This document shows, piece by piece, positions 51,010 to 64,000 of a stretch of 64,000 bases of DNA. Where the stretch lies: assembly GCA_965644265.1 (NCBI GenBank), contig OZ286463.1, positions 74,710,001 to 74,774,000 of the forward strand, read 5' to 3'. Both the position numbers and the translations under genes were made by a program. Under the pieces are notes generated by a model. That model made no database searches and was not told the origin of the DNA. It saw nothing but the letters and a program-made list of their open reading frames with translations. The number at the start of each line of letters is the position of its first letter. Position 1 is the stretch's first letter. The DNA comes from Glycera tridactyla. Lineage: Eukaryota.

Positions 51010-52460
51010 GTCACGTCTGGTTCACATTTACATTTTTGTCCCCCAAATCAAGCAAGGTTGTCATCGGTCGCCATCCATTGCAGGCATTTGTGAAGGAATG
51101 CTATGAAAGGCGTCTGTGTCAAGTTTAGTCTGTGGCTAGGGGCAGCGACAATCTTTAGGAAAAATCTATTTCTGAAAATCCACTTTTGTCCAAAAGTCAA
51201 TGAGCATTGTCAGGAACCCTGATCCCTGGCTGGCATTCATTAGGGAATGATATAAATTGCATCTGTACCAAGTTTGGAGTGGCTACGGACAGCCAACATC
51301 TTTAGGAAAGTCCATTTCTGAAAAAACAATTTTCACCTCAAAACCAACCAGGCCTGTTGGGAGACCCCATCTATGACTAGCATTCATTAGGGAATGATGT
51401 CAAGTACATCTGTACCAAGTTTGCTGTGGCTACGGACAGCCAACATCTTTAGAAAATCCATTTCTGACAAACCCATTTTCACCCCAAAAGCAACCAGTCC
51501 TGTTGGGAGACCCCATCTATGGCTAGCATTCATTAGGAAATGCTATTAAGTACATCTGTACCAAGTATGGTGTGGCTATGGACAGCCACTTTCTTTGGAG
51601 AAATCCATTTCTGAAAAGCCACTTTTCACCCCAAAACCAACCAGGCCTAATGGGAGACCCCATCTATGGCTTAAATTCATCAGGGAATGCTATTACATAC
51701 ATCTGTACCAAGTATGGCAAGGCTACGGACAGCCACCTTCTTTAGAAAAATCCGTTTCTGAAAAACCAATTTTCACCCCAAAACCCACCAGGCCTGATGA
51801 GAGACCCTATCTATGGCTGGCATTCATTAGGGAATGCTATCAAGTACATCTGTACCAAGTATGGTGTGGCTATGGCCAGCCACCTTCTTCAGAAAAATCC
51901 ATTTCTGAAAAACCAATTTTCCCCCCAAAATGAACCAGGCCTGTTAGGAGACCCCACCTATGGCTAGCATTCATTAGGGATTGCTATGAACTACATCCAT
52001 GCTAAGTTTGCTGAGGCTACAGACAGCCGGCATCTTTAGGAAAATACATTTCTGAAAAACCAATTTTCACCCCAAAACCAACCAGGCCTAATGGGAGACC
52101 CTATCTATGGCTAGCATTCATTAGGGAATGCTATTAAGTACATCTGTACCAAGTATGATGTGGCTATGAACAGCCACCTTCTTTAGAAAAATCCATTTCT
52201 GAAAAAACAATTTCCCCAAAAAAACCAACCAGGCCTGTTTGGAGACTCCATCTATGGCTGGCATTCATCAAGGAATGCTATGAACTGTATCCATGCCAAG
52301 TTTGGACTGTCTATGGACAGCCACCTTCTTCAGAAAAATCCATTTCTGACAAACCCATTTTCACCCCAAAACCAACCAGGCCTGTTGGGAGACCCCATCT
52401 ATGGCTAGCATTCATTAGAGAATGCTATGAACTGCATCTATGCCAAGTTTGGTGTGGCTG
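51010..52460. repeat. Tandem satellite array, 147-bp monomer, ~10 copies
   Basis: CATCTGTACCAAG-type anchor at 51111, 51260, 51407, 51553, 51700, 51847, 51994, 52141, 52288, 52435 (spacing 146-149, mostly 147). Confidence 0.97.
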
Positions 52461-52934
52461 GGTACTGAAAAACTCACCAGAAATGACCAAGTTCATTCAT
52501 TTCAAAAAAGTGATTTCATCATCTCGCGCATACCAGTCTTTCATGGGCAATATACAATCACAGGGGATAAAGACACGTGGAGAATCAACTGCAAACTGAA
52601 GATGAATAAATCGGATCATCAGAAATAGCTCATAGATGGCTAAGTCCCATCTCTTCAAAAAACCCAATTTTCATCCCAGTTTCATCCCAGAATTAATCAA
52701 GCAGAACACGGGGATGCTACCTTGATGCAATACCTCCCCTCAACTTCGTTGAGACGAGGTAAAAAACTGCTACCAGTGATCATTAGAAATGCACAACCAT
52801 TATACAGAGAGGTGAAACGAAACAATGAACCAGAATGGCATGGATTGAATGAGACTGAATCAACATGAAGATGGATGGATGTCAGCCTATTTGTCCATTT
52901 CTCAATGCACCAACTTTTACCCGCAGTAGCCATA

Positions 52935-52972
52935 CGCTGAGGACGAAATGTGGATGCATTTTGAAAGCTCCG
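52935..52972 (+). ncRNA. Degenerate minimal hammerhead-like motif
   Basis: CG-CTGAGGA-c-GAAATG/CATTTT stem II-GAAA-GC-TC-CG; stem I only 2 bp; shares the downstream CTGTGAGTACCATG with the 48708 copy. Confidence 0.4.
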
Positions 52973-54200
52973 AAAAGAAATTAACTACACTGTGAGTACC
53001 ATGAATTCCTACATTAACAACTTTTACCCTGCTCCTGAATACCACTAGGTGGAGCGGAAGCCAACATTCATTTTGTACAACTGATGGTGAAAATCTGTGA
53101 AGAATTTAGAAGATGGCTGCCGATGACAGCTGAAATGTCGACAACTGGCAAGTGATTACCCTGGTTGGGAGAAGAGATCTACGTTAATCATGAAGGTGAA
53201 AATGGCTGCCACCAACATGAACATGCAGCATTCACTCTGGAGACTTGTCGGGGACGATGTGGCCTAGGTGTGGATTCATCATTGTCTTGACAGATCCAGA
53301 TCAGGGGCATTCAATGAAATTCACATGTACAACTAATTTCTGTACGGGCATCTTTTCACAACATTCAGATTTTTCTGGCTGATGTTTCTCTTTATCTGCC
53401 CTATACCTCAACAGATGTTTCTTTGTATGATAATCTAATGATTATACATGAGACAGCTGACAGCATAAAGTGACCCACCATCTGTGCTTCAGATCTGTGA
53501 GGGCAATGTTTTACCACTTATAAAGGAAACAAAAATCATATTTTCAAATCTATACAGTTATCGAAGGACATGAGAGGATGTCAAGTAAATCTACAGAACT
53601 AATCATACTCAGCCTTCAATAATATTGATTCCATAATATTGAGATCTGTCACAGACATGACCAAATATACTCCCGCCACCCCTTCGACATAAAGACAACT
53701 ATGTCAATTGTGTTACTCTAACTTGAGGTAGCCACTCAACCAGAACCCTTCCAGGAGGACTTCTTGTTCACATTTGATGAAATCAAATCACCTGAGCTAA
53801 ACATCTGCCAACTTGACTCTTGACTACAAAAAAAGTTGAAGGGTTCATGAAGATTGTGTCTTGCACATCAACACTTCATGGTGATGGCATTCAATTCTAT
53901 AGCTTGAGAAATATGGAAGTATTTTGTTCTGCAAAACTTTTGCAGACAGAAAAACTGACAAACAGGCAGACCGTCAGCAGGATCAGTATATTCCGAACCC
54001 AGGGACCAGCATACGAAGACATTCAGCAATGAGTGGACATGGCTTGAACCCACACTTTCGATTCTAAGAATATGAGGAATTTTGTGTCTCATCACCTTCG
54101 AGTATGAACACTGAGGAGGTTCTATAAGTTAATAAAATATGAAGTATACCCCCAGAAATATCTTGAAAATTGTTGTGATGAATTTGCGAAGCTTACATGA

Positions 54201-54403
54201 GATGCAATTGAGCATCAGATGACAATGTATTGTCGTGGATGATTCTGAACCAGTGGCTTATGCAATTAAGTAATGCAATTGAGCATCAGATGACAATGCA
54301 TTGTCATGGATGATTCTGAACCAATGGCTTATGCAATTAAGTGATGCAATTGAGCATCAGATGACAATGTATTGCTGTGGGTGATTCTGAACCAATGGCT
54401 TAT
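54201..54403. repeat. 71-bp tandem repeat, ~2.8 copies
   Basis: ATGCAATTGAGCATCAGATGACAATG at 54202, 54273, 54344. Confidence 0.95.
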
Positions 54404-56742
54404 CACACAAAGTCTATTCCAATTACCAGTGACCATCCTGAATGCATTAAAAAGTGGTCATTGGGTACAGGTGGTTGCTTATCAGAGGGTCCCAGTGCCT
54501 GCGAGCCAAATGTACATACAAGCCGTCATCCAATAACAATACCTACTAATCATCCACCGAATATATGCCAAAAATAGCACTGAAAAGAATTACAACATTT
54601 CTTCAAGTATGACGGATTTGGTTCATATATTTTACACAAATTCTACACTGATCATTTGCAACCCTGGAATGACTTCTGGTCCAACAGTTTCGATGTGAAT
54701 GGCAGGTGTGAGGAAATTTAAGTTACCCAGATTAAGCGGTTTTCGAGATGCAAATGGCAATGAGACTAGTGGATAAAAGGGGTATTGTAGCAATGGTAAA
54801 AAGTGGCAAAGTTACTCAATCATTTAGAAATATATGGATAGTTGAAGCGCCGATCATTACTGAATCCATGCCAAGCCAAAAACGAGAGGCTGATACAAGC
54901 CCCTCAGACCAACAATCTATTCAGAAGCAAACTTCAGTGCACCAAGCAAAAACTATTGAGCTAAAAAAAAATGTAAGTTGCTTCGAATTGGAGTGAAAAT
55001 TAAGATCAGGCAAGAAGACAAAGAAGAGAGCAAGAAAGCATACTCCAGCAAAGAAGCAAAGTCACACAGGAAAGCAGAGTGACAACTCGAATGAAGCAAG
55101 CATCCAAAGCAAAATCCATGATCATGTCGGAATTGAAATGGGTCATCGTGACTGGCAGCACTGATTCTTTTTTTCTTTTTGGTCTGCCACTAGACATGAA
55201 AGGTTACTGATAATGTATCAAGCTATCGCTGGCTGATATGGTAAACTGACCACAGATACCATTTAATTACTGTATTATCGATGTATGCAATGCTCAAATC
55301 GGATATCCTTGTGCTCATTAATTTTTTGTGCTAATGAAGTTATGAAAATCACAAAATTAGAATAGCTATCAAATTGGGCAAAATGCGACATGAGATCATG
55401 AATTGGCTCAATACATATGATGAAACATGTGGTTCATGGAGATTGCTCAAGAACCGGCCTTTGTAACTGTCATGTGAACAAACACATTCGAAGAAACCAA
55501 AAGCCTGGTGCTACAAGAGCTCATCCAAGTGAATAATCAACAACTCCAACAAAATACCAGAAACCATAGCCATTCTCAACCCCCCCCCCCTCCCCCACCC
55601 AAAAAAAAGTGCTTTGCCATTTGAAAGCTGATGGTACCCCTGACAGAACTCAGTATGAATTGAATAGGACATCCTTCATAGCAAAAAGCCACACAAAAAA
55701 TTAGGGCGAACTCCAGTCTTTTGTTTTGGGGTAGAAAATATTTTATGAAATAGTAGATACATGGAAGAGGATAAACTCCGAATAGGAAGCCCAAATTACA
55801 GGCGGTCCACAGCAGACTATGTTTCCTGTGCAACTGGACTTTGATGAACCAACCCCAACGGCCAGCCAGTTACCAACAGGAGGCAACTTGAAGTAATCAA
55901 AAAATGTCAAAATCAACACATAATCCTATTCAATCAGTCCACAGCACAATCAACTGAGCTGTGACATGGTTTAGTACACATATGCATGAGTACAGACAGG
56001 AGTTGGCGAATGATTAGCTCACACCCTGATGAAAAGAATAAAACAATAGCAAGATCACTCGCAAGAATGCATAATTTTCTTCAGTCCAAGAAAAAAAGGA
56101 AAATGCTAATTGATGGCTAATTATCGTCGATAAGCGTGTATATGTAGCCAGTAGGAACCTCTGTAATCTGGTCAACGAGAACATCATGGTGTTCTAAAAG
56201 AGAGTTGACATGCTGGGGCGATGACATAATGTGGGCATGAGCCTATGAGCAGTGGGGTGGGGTGGCACCAATGAGGAGAGCTCAATTGTGGACTGAGGAT
56301 GATTGATCTGTGGGGACTGGCGATGCCTGATTTGGAGAAAATTGTCCAGAATGTGTACAAATTTTGGGAGAGTAGTGTACTTAAATTCCACTGAATCAAT
56401 ATTACGATTAGCATTAGCAATTTTACAGCCATTTGAAGAAAATTTTAGAAAGAGGAGAGTGTAATGGACCAATATAAAATGGACATGAGAGAAGTATGGC
56501 GGACCAACTTTAGTTGAGAATCAGTGGACTGGATTCGAATAGTCAGGGGTCAGAAAACAATAATGAACGGATGTACCAAGACATGGCACATGCTGAGTAA
56601 GCTAAATTCGAACCTCGTACAAGTAATGCAGATTCCTTGTATTCCAACATCCAAAACAATACATGCCTGTTACTGGGGCCTTTTGACACTATCTTAACGC
56701 ACTCTGTAATATCATGCATCACTAAATGTTCCTGCGCTAAGC

Positions 56743-56808
56743 AAAATCCTGTCTTAAGTGGAAGAAAAATTTGGTCCTGTGACTTTTCACTTAAGACAGG
56801 TTTTACTG
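56743..56808. mobile_element. Small palindromic MITE remnant
   Basis: CCTGTCTTAAGTG / CACTTAAGACAGG inverted repeat ending AGGTTTTACTG|TA. Confidence 0.55.
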
Positions 56809-59758
56809 TAATTCTAATCTACCTTTAATGAAATATCTTCAGCGAGTGATATCCCTTAACATTGAGGATGTGTTAAGAAGAATTTGTGATGCTTTCTCTT
56901 GGGTCTCTAAAAGGCAAGATTGCTTGATTCACTGACATTCAGAGATGATGGGAAGGCATAACACTTTTAATAAACAAAGGGGATCAATTGCAAATGCAAA
57001 GGTATGGCCCCCCAATCTCTTCTTTAATACCAATTCAAACATGAAAATCATACTGATTTTCGGTCAAATTTAACACAAAAATCTGAGTCATGGCCTATAC
57101 CATTAAATAATTCTAGATGATGAAAATATGCCTGTTCATTCATGTAACTACTTCAATAGCATGCTTGTCTACCAGGGGGGAAAGTTATCGCCGATAGTAT
57201 GGAATCCTAGTGGAGGGCAGGGATGATTGGATTTTCTCATTCTGTATCTTGACTCAGTCAATCTTAAGGCAACGCAAGAGTTAATAGTCCACACAGGATT
57301 GTGAGAAAAAGAGAGAGCTCTCCAAACATGGTGGCACTATGGGGGTAAAAAACAAAAACCCATATGCAATACGGCGGCAAGACCAACATAGGATGCAATA
57401 GAAGGAGAAGCTAGAAGACTGGACAGTCATACAACCCTTTCCAACTACATCACCTCTACCATATATGCATGGGATCAAATATTACCAATTTTTTGTTTTG
57501 CTCTCACTTTCATGTGTAGTCACTCAAATTTGCTATCAATTTTTCTCCAGTGATACTGACTTTCTTGAAAATTCTGATACTCTTGCACTCTTCATCTATT
57601 TTTTTTTGGATAATGCACCTGGCCTATTTGAATGACAAAAGGTCTGAACTACAAAGTGAATTCAAAATTTTAAAGAGGCTGAACAATGAAGGTGAGATGG
57701 ACAATGATCCATTCCGCTCATTGGCAGCTTTCGAAATTTGGTGCCAAAAATGAAAATTTAAAGAGGGATACCCGCAAGACAAACTTTGAGAAATACTCCT
57801 TCCTTATCTTCTTCTATGAGGAGTTGGTTTTATATTCTATCAGGCATCAGGCACCATAATGGTTGCCTCCAGATATGACAGAAATATGGTGAATCTATAC
57901 AAAACCATGCATAATTGTTAAAGAGGACAATAGTAGATGGTGAGTTCATCGGAGGGTTGATGGACCACTTACTAGAATCATTCAGCGTAAGAGAGCAGAA
58001 CCTAACTCCAGACTATGTCATACAACCACACTCATGCAATCACTTCATTAAAACCCCACATCCGCGTCATCATTGCTTTTAAGTAAATCTCGGACAACCC
58101 ATCGCCCAAATTCTCTTTCATCAGATCTGTATCGGAAGTTACACAAGTAACTTGAGCTGCAGATCTGACCAAGAAAATATCAGCTATAGGATGTTTCAAC
58201 AAGGTGGGTTGACTGTCAACAGTGGAACTTGGATTGAATATACGCTTCCTGAAGTCTCCTGAATGACCAGCAGTGGTTGATTTATATTCAACACTGTAGC
58301 CCACATGATGAGACATTCCAAGCCAGAATAATTATTTAATTACTTTCAAATCTGATACAGATGGAGTTTGAGACATTGCTGACAAGACATGAGTCAACAC
58401 GTTTTACCAATATAAAGTCAGCAGATCCAATAGAAGATATTCCAAAGGTGTCACATCATCCAATGTATAATGTGTCTCTTTCTTTCTGAATATCATACCG
58501 ATGGAAATTAATTCTAAATCATATCACATGAGCAAAATATTGGAATGAATTCTTAGTCCTGTATATTTTTTCAATATTTCTATGATCTGTGTGATGACTG
58601 ATAAGAATTTCTGTCACACAAAATCAGTCTCTATGTTGTGTATCTGAATTTGCACCAACCATTTATCAATACTTTCAGAAATTGAAAGGATTTCTGACAA
58701 GATCTCCATTTTTGTGAAATGAAATCACTGCAATTCCATTCATATTTGCAATTAGTGTTATGGTGGCAGATGCATGTTGATAAAATTCATAATCCAAGTT
58801 CCACTATGCTGCATCCATGTTGTTCATATGGGAATTTCATATATAATTGTCTTAAGAACATATTCTCCTTAATATCCTTAATTCTCACCCATGAAGGATT
58901 TAATAGATTTTAATCAGGGATGTGGTTGTAAGTACTTAGTCTGCAGAGAATGTTAAACCTATCTCCTCTTACTGGATGTCAGCGTCAAGTTCTTAAATAG
59001 CATTTGAATTCTTTCAAAAATAACAGAAGGCTATTCAATTTGACTTTTGAGTGTAACAGGAGTTATTCTTCATTGACAACAGAACAATCCACTTATGATT
59101 TTGAGAGACATAACTGACATGGAGTGGATTATATGAGATAAATTATCCCTTCAAAACGAATAATACATCATCTTTAATGTTTCCTCAGTGCTAATACAAA
59201 ATCTGAATATAATTTCTAATCTGAAAATCATGTGATTTTTGGCATTTGATTGGATGTTTCAAAGCAAGTATGAATGATTTAGCCAAAGTCAAATGATAAA
59301 TGCAATAGTTCTAGCAAACAATGTGCTCCTCATAGAACGGGATTTGTGATACTGGGAATTTTATTGAGCTGATTCCATAAGTCATGGCCTATACCAAAGA
59401 ATTTGTCATGCGAATAATATGATTTTCACCTGGATCAAAATGAAAAGCCATTCAAGAGAAATTGATTCCCAGAATGATCCCAACAATTGAAGTTGTAATA
59501 TGGATTTCGAATAATGATAATTTTGTACAGAATTCCAATGATAAACAAATGTTTTAATCATAAGAATGATGTGGTATTTCAAACAAAAGGATTGATAGCA
59601 TGATTTCAAATATAAATTTTATATGAATTTGAATATATGCTTCTGATGGTATGATTATCTGTTGGGTTTTAATGACTGACAACCAGCAGTAAGAGATAGG
59701 TTAACTAGTATTTGAAATGAAGATAGAGAGAGAGAGAGAGATGCAGTTGGTTGCTTAC

Positions 59759-59869
59759 ACATCGTATTAGACATGAAAGGCGTAGTGGGCATGGAGTCGG
59801 CACCGCGACCGTCAGCGCCACCCCCGCCACCGCCACCGCTCGTCCACTCTTTACTCGCCATACCAGCAT
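59759..59869 (-). CDS. Candidate cassette or alternative first exon of the CELF1/2 gene (111 nt, phase 1-1)
   Basis: ttcctacattatcag|AT GCT GGT ATG GCG...ACG ATG T|gtaagc; open in the CELF frame (AGMASKEWTSGGGGGGGADGRGADSMPTTPFMSNTM); GC/CpG-rich island in AT-rich intron. No homology that I recognise. Confidence 0.5.
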
Positions 59870-62800
59870 CTGATAATGTAGGAAGCCAACACAGAATTGA
59901 TTCACCGCTCTCCAGCTCCAGAGATAGAGCTTCGCTAACATGGGATCACTCTCACTAGCTCACGACCGTCGTCGTTGTCATCGTGACATGAGCCAACACA
60001 TAGCGGAGTGCATCCCCTGTTCACATATCAGCCATTTTCTCATTCTTAACAGCTGACAATGGAGAAAACCAAGAGAATTCTGGGTTGTTTATCCCAATTT
60101 CTAAGTCATGGCTCGGTCTTCTTGAACAAACTAGCTCTCCAAAGTGTTATTTTATATAAGTCCTCTCCACTTGATTTTTATGACTGTCCGCTGAGTTTGG
60201 CTCGTCATCCCCAATGTGAGCTATTCCCTCTCCCAGAAAATTCAAGCACCTAGCACGAGTTTCAATGCCCTGACATATGAGAGAGAGAAATGTGAATCAC
60301 CATTCCCAGAAATTCATCATGGCTTACACAATCATGTCTGGCACTTAGCTTTGACCTTCAGGCAGCCATTTTGGATATATCTATCCCATAATGCAATATA
60401 TCATCAATGAATCAAATTACTCTCAAAATGGATCCAATGATATCTATTTTTGATGAATATGAATAAATTTACAACAAATTTCCACAATTAATTCCTCGAT
60501 CAAAATTTCGACCCAATATTCTTCTTGGTTTTCTCATCACCCATCAGAAAATTCAACTGCAATTAAACTGAAAATCATTAGGGATGAAATTTTGTGATCA
60601 AATGCAGAATGTGGACATTCCCAAGTGTAATTTCTCTCAGTCCTTACACTCAATGGGTCAGTGCATATCATGGGAAACAAATTAGAAGGAATGTGATAGA
60701 TTCTCACAGGCTGAAAGGAAGAAAACATTACAGAAATATGTCGATGATGGAATAATGAAATAGAGAATATATCCAGGTATAGTTCACATCAGCAAGACTG
60801 GATTAAGAGAAACAAAGAGAGATGCGGCAGAAGTTTCAGCACTATGGGAGGAAACCATATCTATCATGAACTCACGACTGAAACAAAGAGCAACCTGCAA
60901 GCATTCATCTTTGAAAGAAACCATCCCCTAGTGCTCATTATATTCTTTTTAATCTTGATGACCCTGCAAAATCATACAATGTCTGTCAAAATCACCTCTC
61001 ACCTTGCAATTCACAGCTCTTTTAGACCAGCTAAGAACAGGCTGAATTTGCAATACAAATTATGCCATTTCATCAGAAAGATGCTCCATTTCTAATCATC
61101 ATGGCCAATGTTTCAATAGAAACCAATGAATGCTAGTGCAACCAATGTGAGAAGGAAAGTATCAAAGAATTTATTCATCGGGAAGGTTGTTGATAAACAA
61201 TGCATATTGGCTTGAAGTCATACATAATATTAGCTGTGATTGCTGTGATTATTCTTAAAGATAGTCAGGGGATAAAAATGGATCACACAAATACAAAATC
61301 TGATGCCATTAAACATGGATATTAAATATGAAAGCTGTTGTTTAGGACAACTACTTGTGTGGAGCAAAGTCAGAAAATATGGGGGGAGATATTTTCAGTA
61401 GATTCATGAAAGAGACCTTGAATATTCAGAAGGTTGAGGTGGGGAATGATAAATGATGAATAATAAATGTTGGTCAATTTCATCATCACCATCGTACTTG
61501 CACTACAAGTCAGGTGACATCATCAATAAATATACTTAGACTCTGATATACTGCCTCTCCGTGTACCACCATGAATTATATATTATCTTGCCCCTTCATC
61601 ACTACACTCTTTCAACCCTAAAATGTCTAGTCTTTGTATTATACTGATACCAAATATCCTGTGTCTCTTATATAAAGAAGATAGCAATTCTGTGACCTTA
61701 CACTTCATCACTGTACATGTGATTATTTCTTCAATGATGATCTGATTCCCTAAAATTGCAACGATACTAGACATAACCACACACACTCAATGTTGATGGA
61801 AACATAGATATATCATCAACCTGTAATTGGAGTGATTTCTGGTTTGGTTTACTTAGGCTTCAATGGCATTCATCGAATCAAAGGCTTATGTATGCAGTGT
61901 GTTCTTAATCTGCAAAAGCTGGCTGCTTTGTTCCCCGCAGACACTGATGTGTGTTTTGACTGGTATTTTCATCACCACTTGTAATAGACAATGTTATAGA
62001 ATAATTCATAGTAGCATGATCAACATGAGTCCGTATACCATATTTGATTGATTGATTTCTCTTCATTCTGCTTCACCATTGTATGATAAACCATGCATAG
62101 CAATTGCTCCCAAATAAGGGGCTTTTCCAGGTAGACGACCCATAGCGTTGATGAGATATAGTATAGTGGAACCTGCAATAGTTGGCAGTATGACATGGCC
62201 TGCTTAACATTCTACATCAAAATAGTCATTCTGATTCTAAGCCCTGAAAATAATGACCAAATCCTGCAGCATGGCTGGTTGGCAGTCAGGAGTTGGTGTA
62301 TGACCTAGGGTTTACGTTTGCCATGTGTTCCAGATCTGTGAGAGTTGTATGTTCTGTCCACTGCAAGCATCACTCTAACACACTCTGAACACAAGTAGAT
62401 TGTGAGTTAGGAGACGGTCAATTTGAGAAAGCTGACACTTTAGATAAACCTCTACTTTTTAAACATACTGATGTTACTAAAGCTAAAGCTAAAGCCATTA
62501 CTATGTAGCTGGTTTGAAGCTGATACCCATACCTGAGAGTAATGCTGTGAAACACTTCCCATGATGAGAATGGTAGAATTTAGGAATGATTCAATCATGT
62601 GCATGCATAATTCGAAATGTTGTTCTGCCTCATGCAACCTCCAGACAGGCTGCTCAGTGAACAACTGGATACAATTCAATACAAATGACAGTGCAAAGAT
62701 CAACACAATTCTATCATTTAAGGATTTCTGCATTACAGAAAACTAAACAAAGATCAAGATTTAGTGCCAAATGATTCAACAGAAAATTTCACTAACTGAT

Positions 62801-64000
62801 CACAGAAGTTGATAACGACCATATAAAGCATGTCGAAAACTACGCCGGCAACTGTGTGGAGTAGTGAATGGTGGTCAACTGAGGAATGAAATGGAAGGTT
62901 AGGGAGCAATCGACACTGGATCCAACCTCTTCAACAAAATCTATACTGACATCCAATCTTCAAACTGTCACAATGTGAACATGCAAAATCGTAAGCGAAG
63001 GAAAAACCATAGCCACAGAACAAAAATCACCAACAGATTCAAAATCAACATGAATTTCAAAGAACGTGCATGTTGAACACCATCTTGAATTCATATCGAC
63101 CAAGACGAACAAATCGTTTCTTTCAAATGCTGAGGAAATAAAACACTGATACGCTAAAACCTCTGGACTCATATACAGCCTCTTTGTCCTAGCTAAGTCT
63201 TCAACATTTCTATATCAGTCCAATTATATTGCCGATATCAAAGCAATCAAATCCAGTGATGAGGTTTTTGATTGCATTCCTTCTCTCATATGCCAAGACA
63301 TTTTTCGGCACAAATTTGAGTAGGTAAACAAACCTGCGGACTTTCTTTCAAGAGAACTACATGTAATTCACTTAGTCCGGGAGATGGTCAGAATGAAATT
63401 ATGTTTCAGGATACACCATTGAAATATACAAAATAAACTTTCAGAAATCATCTGAGTGTACAGGACAGCTTGCTTCTTCACAAACTGGGCAGTTGGTGCC
63501 AAGCTGGATGTCCCAGGTTCAAATTCACAAAAAATTGGAATATTTCATTCCAACATAGGATCAGTTTGTTGACTGCATTTAACACAGGATTATGGGCTGG
63601 TCTTGCACTGTCTCTATAAGTTTGCCTTGCATATCTGAATGTGAGTTTCCTCTGAGGATAATGCCAGTCCCTCTTAACTCTCCATATACAATTCCTCAGA
63701 ATATAATTCTACAAACTGCTACCAGTGCGACATGTTCTTCATTGACTGCTAATACTACAGAGAATCCTTCCCAAGTCTTCTGAGAGGCAATCTGAACACC
63801 TCATCAGGGAGGATGGCAATAGTGCTGGATTCCTACGAAGCTATACTTAATGATATACAATCCAGCAGCACCATTGATGTATAATTCTCTTTGTTACATA
63901 GAGTTCGAGCTTGGTGCTCTCAAATCATGGCTGAAGACCTATGATTCATGAAGAAAACTAGGTCACAACTAAATAATGACAACAACTGGTCACAAATTCT

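Noticed and set aside
51010-52460. CRISPR-like periodicity and the 112-aa ORF 51595-51933
   Set aside because: Whole units repeat with no unique spacers and no cas genes in a eukaryotic intron; the ORF persists only because 147 is divisible by 3 and other units contain stops.

Overview
Eukaryotic (animal, invertebrate-like) scaffold sequence with five N-gaps; there is no prokaryotic gene content and no CRISPR array. The right ~40 kb holds the 3' half of a CELF1/2-type (CUG-BP/Bruno/ETR-3) RNA-binding-protein gene on the minus strand. I can read five coding exons with canonical GT-AG phase-1 junctions (49684-49782, 43193-43402, 38597-38692, 37746-37889, 36991-37118) encoding the divergent linker and RRM3 to the ...KPY* stop. 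A probable ~5.2-kb intron lies inside the 3'UTR, and there is a candidate extra exon at 59759-59869. RRM1/2 exons must lie beyond the window. The left ~23 kb is rich in SINE-like and MITE-like repeats and ends in a CpG-rich promoter/first exon of a different, unidentified leftward gene (~2490-2760). The most interesting unexplained structure is inside the CELF introns: (i) a family of short elements carrying minimal type-I hammerhead ribozyme cores (38484, 45609, 48713, 52937), all intact cores being antisense to the host gene; (ii) a ~60-bp inverted repeat built from two such elements, 38 nt from a splice donor; (iii) several candidate splicing-regulatory modules (nested 100-nt intron with CUG repeats plus an RRM3-less alternative end, a YGCY cluster before a candidate poison exon, UG-rich acceptors, tandem in-frame splice sites); (iv) a 147-bp-monomer satellite. 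All of this was read by eye; none of it has been checked against databases or expression data. Nearly all ORFs in the supplied track are chance or gap artefacts.
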